37,403 nt of DNA, taken from the IMG/VR virus record IMGVR_UViG_2687453420_000004. The stretch is one strand, 5' to 3'. Below the pieces are notes generated by a model. That model saw nothing but the letters and a program-made list of their open reading frames with translations, did not search any database and was not told the DNA's origin. Below, piece after piece: positions 35,598 to 37,403 of this stretch. A program made the position numbers and the translations under genes. How positions within the stretch are numbered: position 1 is the first letter of the stretch; every line of letters begins with the position of its first letter. This stretch comes from an uncultured virus (IMG/VR IMGVR_UViG_2687453420_000004). Lineage: Duplodnaviria > Heunggongvirae > Uroviricota > Caudoviricetes.

Positions 35598-37403
35598 ATG
35601 AAAACAGTAGCAATATACTCTAGAAAAAGTAAATTTACTGGTAAAGGCGAAAGTATAGAAAATCAAGTCCAAATGTGCACAGAATACATAAAACAAAGAT
35701 TAAACAAAGATACTGAAATTTTAATATATGAGGATGAAGGGTTTAGTGGTGGAACAACTAATAGACCTAAATTCAAGGAAATGATTAAAGATATAAAATC
35801 TAAAAAAATCCATATTCTTATATGCTATAGATTAGATAGAATATCTCGTAATGTAGCTGATTTCTCTAACACATTAGAAATTTTACAAGAAAATAACTGC
35901 TCTTTTATTAGTATAAGAGAGCAGTTTGACACCTCCACACCAATGGGGCGTGCAATGATTTATATAGCCTCTGTATTTGCACAGCTTGAAAGAGAAACCA
36001 TAGCAGAGCGTGTAAGAGACAATATGCTAGAACTAGCTAAAAATGGACGTTGGACTGGCGGAAAAATCCCATTAGGTTTTACTTCTGAAAGAGTTAAATA
36101 TACTGATGATACTGGACTTCAAAGAGAATATTCAAAGCTTAAAATAAATAAAGAAGAAATAAAATTCGTTGAATTTTTATATAAAAAATATTTAGAACTG
36201 GGTAGCTTGCATAAGCTAGAAGTATATATAACACAAAATGAATTAAAATCAAGAAATGGCATTATGTTTGAAAAATCAAGTCTAAAATTGATATTACAAA
36301 ACCCGATATATGTTAAAGCAAATTATGAAGTTATAAATTATTTAAAAGAAAACAATTGGACCATATATGGTGAAATAGACAATAAACATTCCCTTTTAAG
36401 CTATAATAAAACAGAGCAATCTTTTAAAAATGGTAAGCATACTAAAGTAAAAAAATCTGAAAATGAAAGATTTGTAGCTATAAGTAATATTGAAGGTTTT
36501 ATAAATCCAGATTTATGGTTAAATGTACAAAGACAATTTGATAAAAATAGAACTAGATTTCCTAGATTAGGGAAAACCCATAATGCTTTACTTGTTGGTA
36601 AATTACGTTGCGGTAAATGCAAAGAATATATGCTAGTACAACATGGGCGTGTTTCAAAAACTACAGGGAAAAAATTATTTTATTACACTTGTTCTTTAAA
36701 ACGAAAATCTCATAAAAAGTTATGTGATAATGGTAATGCAAAAGCAGATTATGTAGAAAATTTAGTGATTAATAGTTTGAAATTATTATCTAAATCAAAA
36801 AAGAAATTTATAAACGGATTAAAAATTTTATATAAAAACAAATTGAAGTCTAATGAAACATCAATTGAAAGATTGTCTTTAGAAAAATCTCTAAATGAAA
36901 AGAAAAATCAAATAGATAACTTGGTTTTAGCATTATCTAAAAGTAGCGAAATAGAAGATATACTCCTAGATAAAATTAAATCATTAAAAAATGATTGTGT
37001 TGAAATTGAAAATAAAATTAAAAACATAGAAACCTCTACAAAAGAACAAAAATTAAATAATATAAATTTAAGTCTAATTGAATCTATAATAGATGAATGC
37101 TCAATGATAGATCAATTATCTAGAAACGAACAAAAAAGAATAATAGATATTCTAATAGATACAATTTATTGGTATGGGTCTGGTAACGGAAAGGGTAAAA
37201 TTAAAATTAAATTTATAGGTGCTGATGAAAACACTAAAGAAATTGTATTATCTGAAGAAAAACTGCAACAAAGAATGTTGCAGTTTTATTCACCTAGCAC
37301 ATGCAAAATTAATGACTTCTTATTATCCTTTAGAAAAACTAAGAAAACTAAAGGGATTGGAAAAGGTAAAATATATAGATCCTTATGCAGGTGGAAAAGG
37401 TAA
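35598..37403 (+). CDS. Large serine recombinase (integrase); last 33 aa encoded by host DNA beyond attR
   Basis: YSRKS catalytic motif, DEGFSG, RLDRISR, FAQLERE, recombinase domain, CGKC..C..C zinc ribbon and coiled coil. Confidence 0.96.
   Translation: MKTVAIYSRKSKFTGKGESIENQVQMCTEYIKQRLNKDTEILIYEDEGFSGGTTNRPKFKEMIKDIKSKKIHILICYRLDRISRNVADFSNTLEILQENNCSFISIREQFDTSTPMGRAMIYIASVFAQLERETIAERVRDNMLELAKNGRWTGGKIPLGFTSERVKYTDDTGLQREYSKLKINKEEIKFVEFLYKKYLELGSLHKLEVYITQNELKSRNGIMFEKSSLKLILQNPIYVKANYEVINYLKENNWTIYGEIDNKHSLLSYNKTEQSFKNGKHTKVKKSENERFVAISNIEGFINPDLWLNVQRQFDKNRTRFPRLGKTHNALLVGKLRCGKCKEYMLVQHGRVSKTTGKKLFYYTCSLKRKSHKKLCDNGNAKADYVENLVINSLKLLSKSKKKFINGLKILYKNKLKSNETSIERLSLEKSLNEKKNQIDNLVLALSKSSEIEDILLDKIKSLKNDCVEIENKIKNIETSTKEQKLNNINLSLIESIIDECSMIDQLSRNEQKRIIDILIDTIYWYGSGNGKGKIKIKFIGADENTKEIVLSEEKLQQRMLQFYSPSTCKINDFLLSFRKTKKTKGIGKGKIYRSLCRWKR
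37274..37325. other. attR (phage arm AATGTTGCAGTTTTATTCACCTAGCA, CAT core 37300-37302, host half-site)
   Basis: The arm is the inverted counterpart of 131-155, and the host frame resumes at CAT. Confidence 0.9.
37300..37403 (+). pseudogene. 3' part of the interrupted host gene
   Basis: Reads HAKLMTSYYPLEKLRKLKGLEKVKYIDPYAGGKG, open to the window end, in a different frame from the integrase. Confidence 0.8.

Larger units (their letters stand above)
128..37302. mobile_element. Complete temperate siphovirus prophage (about 37.17 kb) integrated by a large serine recombinase
   Basis: Full set of lysis, tail, head, packaging, replication and lysogeny modules. Bounded by a CAT core at 128-130 and 37300-37302, with inverted attP arms. 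Confidence 0.95.

Noticed and set aside
3014..36622. Numerous opposite-strand ORFs (e.g. 3014..3298, 13071..13574, 14544..14981, 32032..32442, 36401..36622)
   Set aside because: These are shadows of real genes: Ser/Phe/Leu-rich, no RBS and no motifs.
37300..37403. Phage-provided restart rescuing the 3' half of the host gene (in-frame ATG at 37312)
   Set aside because: No RBS or promoter is evident, and the product would lack the N-terminal part.
1..37403. tRNA/rRNA genes, IS elements, introns, neurotoxin or other large virulence genes
   Set aside because: None recognisable, and no unexplained gap is large enough for the larger elements.

Overview
The window holds one essentially complete temperate siphovirus prophage of about 37.2 kb in a very AT-rich Clostridium-like genome (the host assignment is my inference from gene content). 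It is flanked by about 130 bp and 100 bp of a single host gene that it splits at the His codon of ...LDTGH|AKLMTSYYP.... From left to right it contains attL, an accessory/moron block (Xre genes, a lipoprotein, a type I TA-like locus), lysis, tail, an HK97-type head, HNH/terminase packaging, a second (tyrosine) recombinase, an ArpU-like activator, an array of small early genes separated by a repeated intergenic motif, replication, a cro/cI switch, a large serine recombinase and attR. The main finding is that attP lies inside the integrase gene. In the prophage the integrase ends in a 33-aa tail read from host DNA. Joining the two ends at the CAT core instead fuses the integrase in frame to the start-less Xre-type HTH domain stranded 37 kb away at attL, giving a predicted 659-aa integrase-HTH protein. 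Next to attL is an unannotated, LexA-box-controlled 27-aa basic micropeptide, with a paralogue directly downstream of cro. Together these point to an unusual recombination-coupled switch. All product names come from motif recognition and synteny, not from database searches.
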